A stretch of DNA of 64,000 nt from positions 32,001 through 96,000 of the forward strand of contig CAZJVE010000002.1 of assembly GCA_964549685.1 (NCBI GenBank), given 5' to 3'. Source of the stretch: an uncultured archaeon. Its GTDB lineage: Archaea; Altiarchaeota; Altiarchaeia; IMC4; QMZM01. How positions within the stretch are numbered: position 1 is the first letter of the stretch; every line of letters begins with the position of its first letter. The notes below the pieces were generated by a model. The model saw only the letters and a list, made by a program, of their open reading frames with translations, was not told the DNA's origin and ran no database searches. The position numbers and the translations under genes are program-made. This document shows positions 26,577 through 37,337 of the stretch, in pieces.

Positions 26577-27979
26577 TTCAAGTGCTCAATTGCAAGGTTA
26601 ATTAGGTGGGCAAAGTCATTAACGTTCTTTACCTCCCTCAGGACGTTTACTGATGCCTTGGGCCTCAGGTAGAACGAGAGATAGGCACTCCTTACCCCTG
26701 CCATAATCTCCCTTGAAGACAGCTGCGGATAGCTCACCGCCGAGGTCCCGCCCTGGTTTATGCACTCCCACCGCTCTGCCGACAGCCAGCCGTTTTTTAC
26801 GCACTGCTCATAGAATTTGGTGCCGGGATACGGCGAGGCCACGTGGAATATGGCAAAGGTAATGGGCAGCTTCTTTGCAAAATCAATCGTCTCCTTCATC
26901 GTTTCCTTCGTCTCTCCCTTAAGCCCGAGGATGAAATAGCCATAGACCTTTATCTTTGCCTCCTTAGCCCACCTCACAGCATCGACCGCCTGCTCAAGAG
27001 TGGCCTCCTTCTCACAGTCCTTGAGAATCTTTGCAGAGCCGCTTTCGATGCCGTAGGCAATCATCCAGCACCCCGCCTTTTTCATCCACCCGAGCATCTC
27101 CTCATCCACGGTATCGACGCGGGAGTTGCAGCCCCAGGACATGCCCAGCTTCTGCTCTATCATGAGCTTGCAGAGCCTGATGACCCAGTCCTTGTGAACG
27201 GTAAACGTGTCCGAGTGGAATATGAAACTGTTAACGCCCATCCCCTTCAGCATAACCAGCTCCTTCATGACATTCTCGGGAGAGCGCATCCTTACCTTCT
27301 TCTGCCACATTATCGGCTGCCTGCAATAGGTGCAGGAATACGGGCAACCTCTGCTTGACACCACGAACGTAAACCTGGAGGCGATGAACGGAAACACGTA
27401 CTTGTCTATCGGCAGGAGGTCCTGCCTTGCGATGGGCAGCTCGTCAAGGTTGTCCAGAAACGGCCTTGGCTTATTGATTACTGTCTTCTTGCCATCCCTG
27501 TACGCCAGGCCCTTTATCTTCGAAAGCTCCTTTTTATCCTCCAGGGCATGAATCAGCTCCTTGAATGTAAGCTCCGGCTCACCTATCATGATATAGTCCA
27601 GCTCCGGACAATCCTTGAAGGACTCCTCTACCAGCTCCGTCACGTGAGGGCCCATGCAAATCGTCTTGGTCCCGGTGATTCTCTTTGCCTCCGTGAACGC
27701 CCTGAAGTCGTTCGTAGACACAGATGTAATCACATGCGAGGCCATGTACCTCGGCCTTTCCTTCTCCAGAACCCCTATAAAATCCTCCCAGTCGAATTTC
27801 TCGGCAATGCAGTCAACAATCTTTACGCTCATATCCTCTGGAAGCATCGCGGCCATATAAGCCAGATTCGTCTGCGGCCATATAATCTTCTCCTTACTCG
27901 TTCTCCCGGACCTGTTAAAGTCCCGGATGATTATGGACTTGTCCGGCGAGGGGGGATTCACTAACAGAACGTCAACCAT
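26570..27979 (-). CDS. B12-binding radical SAM protein (HpnJ/BchE-like)
   Basis: LLVNPP, GPHVT, GEPE, SRGCPYSCTYC (CxxxCxxC), GIESG. Confidence 0.93.
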   Translation of the reverse strand: MVDVLLVNPPSPDKSIIIRDFNRSGRTSKEKIIWPQTNLAYMAAMLPEDMSVKIVDCIAEKFDWEDFIGVLEKERPRYMASHVITSVSTNDFRAFTEAKRITGTKTICMGPHVTELVEESFKDCPELDYIMIGEPELTFKELIHALEDKKELSKIKGLAYRDGKKTVINKPRPFLDNLDELPIARQDLLPIDKYVFPFIASRFTFVVSSRGCPYSCTYCRQPIMWQKKVRMRSPENVMKELVMLKGMGVNSFIFHSDTFTVHKDWVIRLCKLMIEQKLGMSWGCNSRVDTVDEEMLGWMKKAGCWMIAYGIESGSAKILKDCEKEATLEQAVDAVRWAKEAKIKVYGYFILGLKGETKETMKETIDFAKKLPITFAIFHVASPYPGTKFYEQCVKNGWLSAERWECINQGGTSAVSYPQLSSREIMAGVRSAYLSFYLRPKASVNVLREVKNVNDFAHLINLAIEHLKW

Positions 27980-28043
27980 CTTTAGAATATTTATTATCTA
28001 CTGAGAGTTAAAATAAAAGGCCAGCCTCTTAATATCTTTGATA

Positions 28044-29735
28044 ATGAAAAAACCGTACAGGCTTCTTGGAGTGAGGGCCGAGGTCTGGCTCATTCTCATC
28101 CTCTTTTTCGCCCTGTTCATCAGGATGTATTTCTTTGTGGGATTTGTCAACAACGACCCGCAGGATGACGGCATCTACATAAGCAAGGCAAAAGAGCTTG
28201 CTCTTGGCGGAGAATTCTCGGATTTCAAATGGGCTGCTGACCTGGTATCAAGGGAGGATACAATCAACCCTGCTCATCAGTTCCTTTTCAGGTGGATGAT
28301 GATATTCCCCGTTATGGCGTCCTTTATGCTCTTTGGATTCAGCGATTTTAGCGCAGTCCTCTTCCCCCTGCTATGCTCCCTTGGCAGCGTTGTGCTCATA
28401 TTCTACATGGGGAAAAACCTGTTCAATGAAAAGGCGGGTCTCATCGCCGCGTTTCTCCTTTCCTTCTTTCCGCTGAACGTCATCTATTCCACCCGGATAA
28501 CGCCGGAGATACCGCTCGCGTTCTTCATGGCCCTGTCCGTTTTCATGTTCCTTCTTGGCGAGCAAAGAAAAGGAGACCGGGTATTTCTCAATCTAAAGAA
28601 CCTGTACTTTCTGCTGTCGGGCGTTTTTCTTGGCGTCGGATATCTCGTAAAGGAGTCCGCAATAATACTCCTGCCATTCTTCATCGCCTATGTCCTGTAC
28701 CGGAGAGGAATCCGCAAGGAGTACCTGCTCATCTTTATTGGCTTCCTTGCAATCTTTTCCATCGAGGGCCTCTATTACTATGACAATACCGGGGATTTCT
28801 TCCTGCGCCCCCATCTGAATTCAAAGGTCGCGGCCTTCAAGTACGAGGTGGAGCTTGAGAGGCTACTCAAATCCGAAAATGTCTATGGCATGGTAGAGGT
28901 AATCTACGTGTCCAACCCCGACCTGTACCCAAAGCTATTGCTGAACCAGAAGCCCCACTGGAGGTCAAAGATAAACGAAAGCTTTGGGTACTTCTACTAC
29001 TTCGTTTTACTGTCCCTGGCCGCCCTCACCTGGTACCGGTTCCGGGGCAAGTGCCCCAAAAAGGCGCACATACCGGTACTCTGGGCGCTGTCCCTGTTCC
29101 TGTTCCTCGAATTCGGGCCGATGGGGTTTAAACTCAATTCCGCCAACGCATGGCTTGAATACCGCGTAATAGTCAAGAGCCTTAGGTACCTGACGATGCT
29201 GACTATTCCCTCTTTGCTCATCATCGCATCGTTTCTCAGCATCGACACCAAGAAAATCAAATTCCTTATCCTGCCTCTCACCCTTATAATCCTGCTTGCA
29301 AGCTCGATTCCCATAATGGGAACCGTTCACACAGACTTCGTATCTCGCATAGAGGGCATCAGGGAGGCATCCGACTTCCTCAAGGCCCACCCCGGGGTAA
29401 GAGTATATTCCGACTTCCTTGGCGTCGGGTTTATGAGATACTACACCGGCTATACCGGAAACTATACGTTTAAAGGCTTTGGTTACCCTAAATACTCTCC
29501 ATCCTTCACCATAGACAAGATTAAAAACGACTCGTTCGTCGTGGTCGGGGGCTCCAGGGGCTCCGTGGGGTGCAAGGGCGTAGTTAGACGCATGTCTCCC
29601 CCCTTCGCCTCTGACCCGCCCGAAAGCTGGGTTCTCATGAGGGATATCCCAAGCAGGGTCGAATTATGCCGTAAAAATAAATGGAATCTAAAGATATACT
29701 ACGTACCATCACAAGATGAAACTGATACTGCTTAA
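28044..29735 (+). CDS. GT-C fold glycosyltransferase (ArnT/PMT, GT39-like)
   Basis: DD in the first luminal loop (DPQDDGIY), GLIAAFLL...P...YS...E motif, 11 or more TM helices. Confidence 0.85.
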   Translation: MKKPYRLLGVRAEVWLILILFFALFIRMYFFVGFVNNDPQDDGIYISKAKELALGGEFSDFKWAADLVSREDTINPAHQFLFRWMMIFPVMASFMLFGFSDFSAVLFPLLCSLGSVVLIFYMGKNLFNEKAGLIAAFLLSFFPLNVIYSTRITPEIPLAFFMALSVFMFLLGEQRKGDRVFLNLKNLYFLLSGVFLGVGYLVKESAIILLPFFIAYVLYRRGIRKEYLLIFIGFLAIFSIEGLYYYDNTGDFFLRPHLNSKVAAFKYEVELERLLKSENVYGMVEVIYVSNPDLYPKLLLNQKPHWRSKINESFGYFYYFVLLSLAALTWYRFRGKCPKKAHIPVLWALSLFLFLEFGPMGFKLNSANAWLEYRVIVKSLRYLTMLTIPSLLIIASFLSIDTKKIKFLILPLTLIILLASSIPIMGTVHTDFVSRIEGIREASDFLKAHPGVRVYSDFLGVGFMRYYTGYTGNYTFKGFGYPKYSPSFTIDKIKNDSFVVVGGSRGSVGCKGVVRRMSPPFASDPPESWVLMRDIPSRVELCRKNKWNLKIYYVPSQDETDTA

Positions 29736-31077
29736 CCCTCCCGCGAAGGAGAAGTACGTGAAGGAATCGAGATGTCAGCACAGGGCAGCCGTATTCCAGT
29801 CAGTCTATCCCCCCATGACTCTGGCGTACATAGCATCCCTGACAAGAAACGAGAACGACGTCCTCCTCATCGACGCAATCGGTGACGGAATCTCCGAGAG
29901 GGACGTAATCCACACGGTCCAGGAATTCGACCCCGATTTGATTATTGTTAACACGACAACCCCCACCATAAACAATGACCTTGAGGTGATTCGCAGACTG
30001 AAGAAGGTCTCCCGATTCAAGTCCGCGATGTTCGGAGTCCATGCGACCCACTTCGCAAAGGAACTCATCAAAATGCCGCAGCTCGATATAGTGATCCGGG
30101 GCGAGCCCGAAATCACCTCCTATGAGCTTACAAGGAAAGACCTCAAGGACGTTGAGGGAATAATCTACAAGGAAGGCAACAAGGTCAGAGAGAACCACGG
30201 CCGCAAGCCCCTGGACGTCAATGCCCTGTCCTTCCCGGCCTGGGACCTCGTCAACCTGGGCAACTACAGGATGCCCATTATCGCCGAGAGCTACGTACTC
30301 CTGGCTACGGGAAGGGGCTGCCCCTACGACTGCTCCTTCTGCGTCTCGACCTCCTACTACGGCAAGAAGTTCAGGTGCAGGGAGGTGGACTCAGTTATAA
30401 AAGAAATTCACTATGCCAAGTCCATGGGAATTAAAAATTTTTTCTTCTTTGTTGAAACCTTCACATTAAATAAAAAATTCGTCCTCGAGCTCTGTGACAG
30501 AATCATCGATGAAAAGCTGGACATCCGCTGGGTCTGCAACTCAAGAGTCGATACGGTAACCCAGGAGATGTTCGACAGCATGAGGAGGGCGGGCTGCTGG
30601 CTCATCTCCTTCGGCATAGAGAGCAGCAGCCAGAAGGTCCTCGACAACGTCAAGAAGGGAATAAAGCCCGAGCAGTCCAAAAAGGCGGTAAAGATGGCCC
30701 ACCGCGCAGGCATCGCAACAATCGGCCATTTCGTCTTTGGCCTGCCCGGCGAGACGGAAGACTCGATAAAAAAGACCATAAGATTCGCCCGGGGAATTCC
30801 CCTGAACTTCGCCGAATTTTATATTGCGACTCCGTTCCCCGGCTCCGACCTCTTCAGCGAAATGGATGGCAGGAATTATGCCGAAATCAATTGGGATGAA
30901 TTCGAATATTCTCATCAGAATCTATGCAAGGAACTGAATCTCGAGAAATACAGAAAGAAGGCATACATGCAGTTCTACCTCAGGCCGTGGCTAATCCTCC
31001 GGGACTTGCGAATCTTCGGCCTGAGCAACCTGCCGAAGCTCATCATCGGCGGCATCAGGTTCCTGACGACCATCTGA
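29716..31077 (+). CDS. B12-binding radical SAM protein
   Basis: LLNPP, GVHAT, GEPE, GRGCPYDCSFC, GIESS, GLPGET. Confidence 0.93.
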   Translation: MKLILLNPPAKEKYVKESRCQHRAAVFQSVYPPMTLAYIASLTRNENDVLLIDAIGDGISERDVIHTVQEFDPDLIIVNTTTPTINNDLEVIRRLKKVSRFKSAMFGVHATHFAKELIKMPQLDIVIRGEPEITSYELTRKDLKDVEGIIYKEGNKVRENHGRKPLDVNALSFPAWDLVNLGNYRMPIIAESYVLLATGRGCPYDCSFCVSTSYYGKKFRCREVDSVIKEIHYAKSMGIKNFFFFVETFTLNKKFVLELCDRIIDEKLDIRWVCNSRVDTVTQEMFDSMRRAGCWLISFGIESSSQKVLDNVKKGIKPEQSKKAVKMAHRAGIATIGHFVFGLPGETEDSIKKTIRFARGIPLNFAEFYIATPFPGSDLFSEMDGRNYAEINWDEFEYSHQNLCKELNLEKYRKKAYMQFYLRPWLILRDLRIFGLSNLPKLIIGGIRFLTTI

Positions 31078-31081
31078 CAAA

Positions 31082-31312
31082 ATGAGAAAATCAGAATCCA
31101 TTAAAGGCCTGCAGAGCCTGTGCAACATAGGCCCCAAAACGGCAGAGAGGCTTTACTCACTCGGCATCAAAACGCCCGAGCAGATGAGGAAATCAGACCC
31201 TGAGAAGCTGTACGAAAGACTAAGAAACAAAGAGGGTGGCAGGCTGGACCGGTGCGTCCTCTATCAGTTCCAGGGAGCAGTCCGTGATGTCCCCTGGTGG
31301 GAATGCAAGTGA
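31082..31312 (+). CDS. Small helix-hairpin-helix protein (TfoX C-terminal/Cdd1-like)
   Basis: LCNIGPKTAERLYSLGI...DPEKLYERL...DRCVLY...WW. Confidence 0.8.
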   Translation: MRKSESIKGLQSLCNIGPKTAERLYSLGIKTPEQMRKSDPEKLYERLRNKEGGRLDRCVLYQFQGAVRDVPWWECK

Positions 31313-31319
31313 TATAAAT

Positions 31320-32552
31320 TCAACCCCTGATTATCTTAACGCTCTTTATCCCCTGGGGAGTAACCCTGTCAACCTCGATTGTAACCTTCCCCAGCTTTAT
31401 CTTTTCTCCCTCCTCCGGAATTCTCTGGAGCCGGTGCTCGATAAAGCCCGCAAGCGTATTGAAGTGCTCTCCCTTGAGCCCCAGGTGAAGCACCCTGTTA
31501 ATCTCCTCGATCGACACCCTCGCATCCACCCTGATTAGGTTGTCGCTTACCTTTTTGATGTGGACGCTCTCCCTCCTGCTCTTGTCGAAGATGTCCCCGA
31601 CTATCTCCTCAAGCACGTCCTCAATCGTTACCAGTCCGGAGACGTCGCCGTATTCGTTAACAACAATGGCCATCGGGACATCCCTACCCTCGAACTCTGA
31701 AAGAAGGTCATCAATCCTCTTGGACTCCGGGACGAAATATACCTCCCTCACAATACCCTTTATCTTAACATTCACCTTGTCGTCCTTGACGTGTTTCAGG
31801 ACATCGTCAACATCAAGCACGCCAATTATCTTGTCCTCGTTTCCTTCATAAACTGGATACCTGGAATAGGGCATCTTAACAATGAAATCGATGACGTCCT
31901 TCAGTTTTGCCTCGGAGTCAATCGTTTTCATCTTCGTCTTCGGCGTCATAATCTGTGTAACCCTCGTATCCTCGAACTCCAGTAGATTGCGCATCATCTC
32001 GGCCGCCTCCCGGTTCAGTATCCCCTCCTTGACGCCCATCGTAACCATAATTTCCAGCTCCTCTTCCGAGAGTTGCTTTTGTTCCCTTGAGCCAAGCAGC
32101 CTCGAGGTGCCCTTGGATATCGCCTCAAAGGACCTGACAATCGGTGACAGGATATACGACAACAATTCGATGGGCCATGCAACCAGCAGAGATATACTCT
32201 CGGCATTCTGGCTTGCAAACGTCTTCGGCGTTATTTCACCAAAAATCAGGATTAAAAAGGCCATAACCCCCGTCGCAATCCCCAAACCGCTTGAGCCGAA
32301 CAAGCCGGTAAAGATTACTGTCGCAAGCGATGCCGCTGCGACATTGGCCAGGGTATTCCCTATAAGTATTGTTATTATAAGCCTGTGAGGGTTCTGCTTA
32401 AGTCGATAAAGGGAATCGGAGCCCCACTTTTCCTGCTTGACCAGGGACTTGACCTTTATCATACTGACCGATATCACGGCAATCTCGACCCCCGAAAAAA
32501 ACGCGGACAGCCCAATCAAGAAGAACAGGGCCAGTATCTGAATCTCCAGCAT
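31320..32552 (-). CDS. CNNM/HlyC-CorC family transporter (DUF21 + CBS pair + CorC domain)
   Basis: SAFFSGVEIA, ILIGN, GEITPK, IMTP, YSRYPVY, VNEYG...GLVTIEDVLEEIVG. Confidence 0.94.
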   Translation of the reverse strand: MLEIQILALFFLIGLSAFFSGVEIAVISVSMIKVKSLVKQEKWGSDSLYRLKQNPHRLIITILIGNTLANVAAASLATVIFTGLFGSSGLGIATGVMAFLILIFGEITPKTFASQNAESISLLVAWPIELLSYILSPIVRSFEAISKGTSRLLGSREQKQLSEEELEIMVTMGVKEGILNREAAEMMRNLLEFEDTRVTQIMTPKTKMKTIDSEAKLKDVIDFIVKMPYSRYPVYEGNEDKIIGVLDVDDVLKHVKDDKVNVKIKGIVREVYFVPESKRIDDLLSEFEGRDVPMAIVVNEYGDVSGLVTIEDVLEEIVGDIFDKSRRESVHIKKVSDNLIRVDARVSIEEINRVLHLGLKGEHFNTLAGFIEHRLQRIPEEGEKIKLGKVTIEVDRVTPQGIKSVKIIRG

Positions 32553-32630
32553 TTGAATACCTCGTACCTATTAACTATATCACCTCCATATAATAAAATT
32601 TAAACCCCCAATCGCAATCCTTACTCTAAA

Positions 32631-34328
32631 ATGTACGTTCTCGGCATATGGGACGGTCACGACGCCGGCGCTGCGATAGTCAAGGACAACAAGATTCTCG
32701 TGGCAGTCAATGAAGAGAGGTTCACGAAGAAGAAGCTGGACATCGGCTTCCCTGAGAATTCCGTGAAGGAGTGCCTGAGATTCACGAACCTGAAGCCCAC
32801 TCACATCCAGAAAATAGCCGTCACAACCACTGATTTTGCAAAGACCCTAACCCGGCTAGTTCCGGGCATGAAGGAGAAGTACTACCTCTTCCGGAGGAGG
32901 AAGGTCTCCAAGCCGTCCCTGGACGAATCCAGGAGGCACTTCAAATACACAACAACGGAGATAAAGGAGCTCCCCCTCTGCAGGAAGCTGAGCAACATCT
33001 ACTTCAAGGGCCACCTGAACAGCATTGGCTTCAAGGACTATGAGATTCACTGGGTGGACCACCACGCTGCCCATGCGGCAGCTGCCTCCATCTGCAGCGG
33101 CTTCGACAAGGCCCTCGCCATAACCCTGGACGGAGTAGGAGACGCCCTCTCAGGCACGGTGAACATCTTTGAGGAGGGCGAGATAAAGAGAATATCATCC
33201 ATCCCCGCGAGGGACTCCTTTGGAATCTTCTACGAGCAGATAACCACCCTTCTTGGCATGAGAGAGCTTGAAGATGAAGGAAAGGTCATGGCCCTCGCGG
33301 ACTTCGCCTATAAAGTACCCGACGAAGAAAACAAGCTCATAGACTTCTTCGAGGTCGACGGCCTCCAGGTAAAATGCAAATACTCGACCATAGGGAAATA
33401 CTCCCGGCTTAAGAAGATTCTCTGGAACACCCCCCGCGAGGAGCTGGCCTTCATGGCCCAGCGGACTATAGAAAAGCACATAACCCAGCTCTTCACAAAC
33501 GCAATCGAGGAAACAGGGATAAAGAACGTCTGCTGGTCTGGGGGAATAGCCTCCAACATCAAGGTCAATCTCAAGGTAAGGCAGGAATCAGGGATGAAGG
33601 ACTGGTTCGTCTTCCCGCACATGGGCGACGGCGGCCTTGCCGCTGGCGCTGCCCTCTACCTTTCATTGCAGGAGACCGGGAAGCCCGCCAGGAGGCTCGA
33701 GAACGCCTACCTCGGCAACGAATTCTCCAATGAACAGATAGAGGAATCCCTCAGGAAATACAAGGATAAGATAAGATTCGAATACAGGGAGGACATAGCA
33801 AAATACTCCGGCGAATACCTTGCTGACGGAAATTTCATGCTATGGTACCAGGGCAGAATGGAGTTCGGCCCAAGAGCCCTGGGCAACCGCTCCATAATCG
33901 CCCCCGCATCTCCCATAGAAATCAAGGACAAGCTGAACCTCCAGATAAAGAAACGCTCCTGGTTCCAGCCTTTCTGTCCCTCTCTCCTGGAGGAGCATGC
34001 CAAGAAGATATTCTCCGACGCAGATTCATACGACCGTCTCATGACCATGGGCTACTGGACAAGGCCCGAAATAAGGGACAAGGTCATCTCCGTAATCAAC
34101 GTTGATGGCTCTGCAAGGCCGCAGATGCTGGGCGACGAGAACCCCCGGTTCAGACAGCTCCTGAAAACCGTAGCCAAGAAGACCGGCCTCGGTGTCATCC
34201 TGAACACCAGCTTCAACCTGCACGGCTATCCGATAGTGTGCACTCCTGAAGATGCCGTTGACATGATGCTGAATTCAAAGGCCCCTACAATGGCCGTCGG
34301 CAACTTCCTGATAGAGCTTAAGAAGTAA
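32631..34328 (+). CDS. Carbamoyltransferase (NodU/CmcH/TobZ family)
   Basis: HDAGAA, EERF, HHAAHA, DGVG, EGKVMALA, GDGG, EFGPRALGNRS, DGSARPQ, LNTSFN. Confidence 0.95.
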   Translation: MYVLGIWDGHDAGAAIVKDNKILVAVNEERFTKKKLDIGFPENSVKECLRFTNLKPTHIQKIAVTTTDFAKTLTRLVPGMKEKYYLFRRRKVSKPSLDESRRHFKYTTTEIKELPLCRKLSNIYFKGHLNSIGFKDYEIHWVDHHAAHAAAASICSGFDKALAITLDGVGDALSGTVNIFEEGEIKRISSIPARDSFGIFYEQITTLLGMRELEDEGKVMALADFAYKVPDEENKLIDFFEVDGLQVKCKYSTIGKYSRLKKILWNTPREELAFMAQRTIEKHITQLFTNAIEETGIKNVCWSGGIASNIKVNLKVRQESGMKDWFVFPHMGDGGLAAGAALYLSLQETGKPARRLENAYLGNEFSNEQIEESLRKYKDKIRFEYREDIAKYSGEYLADGNFMLWYQGRMEFGPRALGNRSIIAPASPIEIKDKLNLQIKKRSWFQPFCPSLLEEHAKKIFSDADSYDRLMTMGYWTRPEIRDKVISVINVDGSARPQMLGDENPRFRQLLKTVAKKTGLGVILNTSFNLHGYPIVCTPEDAVDMMLNSKAPTMAVGNFLIELKK

Positions 34329-34329
34329 A

Positions 34330-36165
34330 ATGCGTTTTAAACCAGGCAAAATCCTGACGGGAATCCTGCCCCCGATAATAGCCGTAAACGTCTTCGCAAT
34401 CATCGCATACCTGGTTCTAAACTATAAAGACATCGGCATAACCTCTGCCAAACTCATGGAAATCCTGCCCTGCTTCTTCCTGGTGAATTTCATACTCATC
34501 CTGCTTCTCCTTGCGCTAAACGCCGGGAGATTCAGCCAGGAATTCAAGGGCATTAGCAACAGGACCTGGTTCCTGCTGATAGCTATAGTAATCCTGGGGT
34601 TCTTCCTTAGAGAGTTCGTCGTTGACCACACGCACAGGATATTCTTCGACGAGGACCTCTACTCTGGCATAGGGAACTCCATGGCCCGGGAATTCAGGGC
34701 CATAATGTGCAACTACGGAACGCCGACAGAATGCAGGGAGGGAATCCTCAACAAGGACCCCTCCGGATGGCCGTTCCTCCTTACGGTATTCTACTGGCTC
34801 CTCGGCTCCGCAGAAAAGATTGCCTTCGTCATCTCCGTACTTATCGCAACCATCTCCATAGCCCTTGTCTTCCTGGTAGTCTACATGCTCAGCAGGAACG
34901 AGACTGCAGGGCTCTATGCCTCGCTCCTATTCGCCCTTACCCCCGCCCATCTCATATGGTCCGGTTCTATTGCTACTGAGGTCCCGTTCGCATTCTTCTC
35001 CCTCCTGACAATCCTCGTATATCTCCTCTATTTCGAGAGCCACTCCCTGAAAGCCCACCTTCTCGGAGCAGTACTCCTTGCATATACTGTGCAAATAAGG
35101 CCCGAGGGCCTGATATTCATAGGCGCCATTGCCCTGATGTTCCTGCTCTTCGAGAGTAAACCCCTCAAAAAACTGTCCAGCTGGAGATTCTGGCTCCCCT
35201 GGATTTTACTCTTTGTCCTTCTCACCCCCCACCTCATGCAGATGTACTCGAACCGGGGAGGCAGCTGGGGCGCCCCCTCAGGAGAGAAGCTGGGCTGGAA
35301 ATACGTCGACGGAAACCTCACAAAGAACACGCTCTTCTGGTACAGCGGCGAGATGCATCCCCTGTTCTTCACGTTCCTTGCCATTCTTGGAGCAGTCTAC
35401 CTCCTCAGGGAGAAGAAGAACCTCCTGTTCAACCTCGTCTGGTTCTCCATCTTCTTTGTCCTGTTCGTATTCTTCTATGCTGGCAGTGTAGACAACGGCG
35501 GCATTGGCTTCAGGTTCGTCAACCTCTACTGTGCCCCTGTTGCAATCCTCGGCGGCTACGGCGCATTCATGCTGCACAAAATCCTTTCAAAGGGCCTTAG
35601 GTCCAAGAAGATAGCCACCGTCCTAATCATAGCCCTCATCTCAGTCTCATTCCTCTTCCTGTCCAATTTCCCGTACAAAAGCCTCGTCGATATGCTCGGC
35701 GACCCAAAGCCGGGAGTCAGGCACTTCCTTACGAATGAGAATCAATATCCTCCCGTAAAAGGCCCGATGAATCTGACCTACTCGAGAGTAGTCTCCTTCA
35801 TCCTTACCCCCGACAAGCAGGCCCAGTACGCAAGGGACATGCACGACATCCTCGTCATGCCCAACATGAACAAAATCGGCGACGACTGCTGGGTGATGAC
35901 TCATAACCCCAGCATTTTCCTGGTTGAGGGTAAGAATTCCATGCAGGCCTGGTTCGGAACAAATGACAAGGTAATGAACCGGCTCTTCAACGAAACCAAC
36001 TGCGTCATGTGGCTCGAGGGCGCATGGTGCGTCGTCTCGAAGCAGCACAGGGAAGGCACGTGCAAGAATATGCACAACAGATATAACCTCACGGTCATCG
36101 ACAGCTATACACGGCCCGAAAACACAAAGCAGGTCTTCAATCTGTACATGGTGAACAGAAAGTAG
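34330..36165 (+). CDS. GT-C fold glycosyltransferase (ArnT/PMT, GT39-like)
   Basis: FFDEDLY luminal motif, GLYASLLFALTP...E, RPE, many TM helices. Confidence 0.85.
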   Translation: MRFKPGKILTGILPPIIAVNVFAIIAYLVLNYKDIGITSAKLMEILPCFFLVNFILILLLLALNAGRFSQEFKGISNRTWFLLIAIVILGFFLREFVVDHTHRIFFDEDLYSGIGNSMAREFRAIMCNYGTPTECREGILNKDPSGWPFLLTVFYWLLGSAEKIAFVISVLIATISIALVFLVVYMLSRNETAGLYASLLFALTPAHLIWSGSIATEVPFAFFSLLTILVYLLYFESHSLKAHLLGAVLLAYTVQIRPEGLIFIGAIALMFLLFESKPLKKLSSWRFWLPWILLFVLLTPHLMQMYSNRGGSWGAPSGEKLGWKYVDGNLTKNTLFWYSGEMHPLFFTFLAILGAVYLLREKKNLLFNLVWFSIFFVLFVFFYAGSVDNGGIGFRFVNLYCAPVAILGGYGAFMLHKILSKGLRSKKIATVLIIALISVSFLFLSNFPYKSLVDMLGDPKPGVRHFLTNENQYPPVKGPMNLTYSRVVSFILTPDKQAQYARDMHDILVMPNMNKIGDDCWVMTHNPSIFLVEGKNSMQAWFGTNDKVMNRLFNETNCVMWLEGAWCVVSKQHREGTCKNMHNRYNLTVIDSYTRPENTKQVFNLYMVNRK

Positions 36166-37309
36166 ACAGGACGTGTCCTGCCCTCTTCTCCAGCATATCT
36201 ATGACCTCCTCATTACTCTCTCCTTCTGCAAATATGCTACATACCGGCTCATGGGCCCGGATTACCGAACCGTCGGGAGGAATATCCGCAACATCCGTCG
36301 CATTGGAAAGATTTACCCTGACCCTCCCCCCCGCAAAAACAATCCCCTTCCCGAAGCACTTATCAGAAGCGAATTCTATTCTTTCTAAATTTCCATTAAT
36401 CGCATTGATGTGCTTTTCCACCAGATTAATATTCCTGTACCTCTCGACGCACTCCATGGTGTCCTGAAGCCTCGGGTTTACCTCCATGAAGTACAGTCTA
36501 TCGCCTGACATGATATAATCTATCCCATTGGAACCAACCAGCCCCGCCCTCGATATTATCCTCTCCGAAACCCTGGCAATCTCATCATTCATCCCCGAAT
36601 CCAATGGCACAAGATTCCCGCAGTATGTAAATTCCTTCATCACGTTGAATTCCTTCACTCCAATAAGCTGCCTGTTCACCGATATAGCCCGGGAATTCTC
36701 CCCGTCGCAGAGAACGGACGAGCTCACCGGTATCCCCGCCACATATTCCTGCAGCAGCAGCTCCACCCCCTTCTCAAAGGCCCACGACATCCTCTCAACA
36801 TCCTCTCCCCCTCTGAGAAGATGCTGCCCCACTCCACCCCCTTCGTAGGGCGACTTCAGGACAGCGGGAAAACCAATCCTCTCCACGGCCCTCTCCAGCT
36901 CATCAACCGAACCAACGACAACAGTCTCGGGGAATTCCGCCTCACTCTTGGACAGTATCCTCTCCAGGCTCCCCCACCCCTTGACCCTCTCAACAGCCTT
37001 AGAACCATTCCCCAGAATCTCAAACTCCCTCTCCAGCTTTCTGAGAAGGTGTGCATTGCACCCCATTGCCGATGTCGGAATCACCGAATCCACCAGCCCT
37101 GAGAGCTTCTCAATGGCAAAATCAACCAGCGCCCCGGCGGAATACTCCCCTCCCAAATCAGGCTTCAGGGGATTCCGCTGCATGGAGAATACCCTCCCTC
37201 CCAGGTCAGTATCCGGGTAATAGCCCGCAAGACAGACCTCAAGCCCCGCTCTTCCTGCAGACTCTGCAACCGCCCTTGAATTCAGGCCGACCACGCCGAC
37301 TTTCTCCAT
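36137..37309 (-). CDS. ATP-grasp carboligase (COG2232-like)
   Basis: VVGLNSRAVAESA, LKSPYEGGG, QEYVAG, GSNGIDY, MEVNPR, EPVCS. Confidence 0.85.
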   Translation of the reverse strand: MEKVGVVGLNSRAVAESAGRAGLEVCLAGYYPDTDLGGRVFSMQRNPLKPDLGGEYSAGALVDFAIEKLSGLVDSVIPTSAMGCNAHLLRKLEREFEILGNGSKAVERVKGWGSLERILSKSEAEFPETVVVGSVDELERAVERIGFPAVLKSPYEGGGVGQHLLRGGEDVERMSWAFEKGVELLLQEYVAGIPVSSSVLCDGENSRAISVNRQLIGVKEFNVMKEFTYCGNLVPLDSGMNDEIARVSERIISRAGLVGSNGIDYIMSGDRLYFMEVNPRLQDTMECVERYRNINLVEKHINAINGNLERIEFASDKCFGKGIVFAGGRVRVNLSNATDVADIPPDGSVIRAHEPVCSIFAEGESNEEVIDMLEKRAGHVLSTFCSPCTD

Positions 37310-37337
37310 GGCATATAATAATAGTGAAACCTAATTA

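Noticed and set aside
31320-32552. Hemolysin toxin
   Set aside because: The family name is historical. The domain content is that of CNNM/CorB-type divalent-cation transporters.
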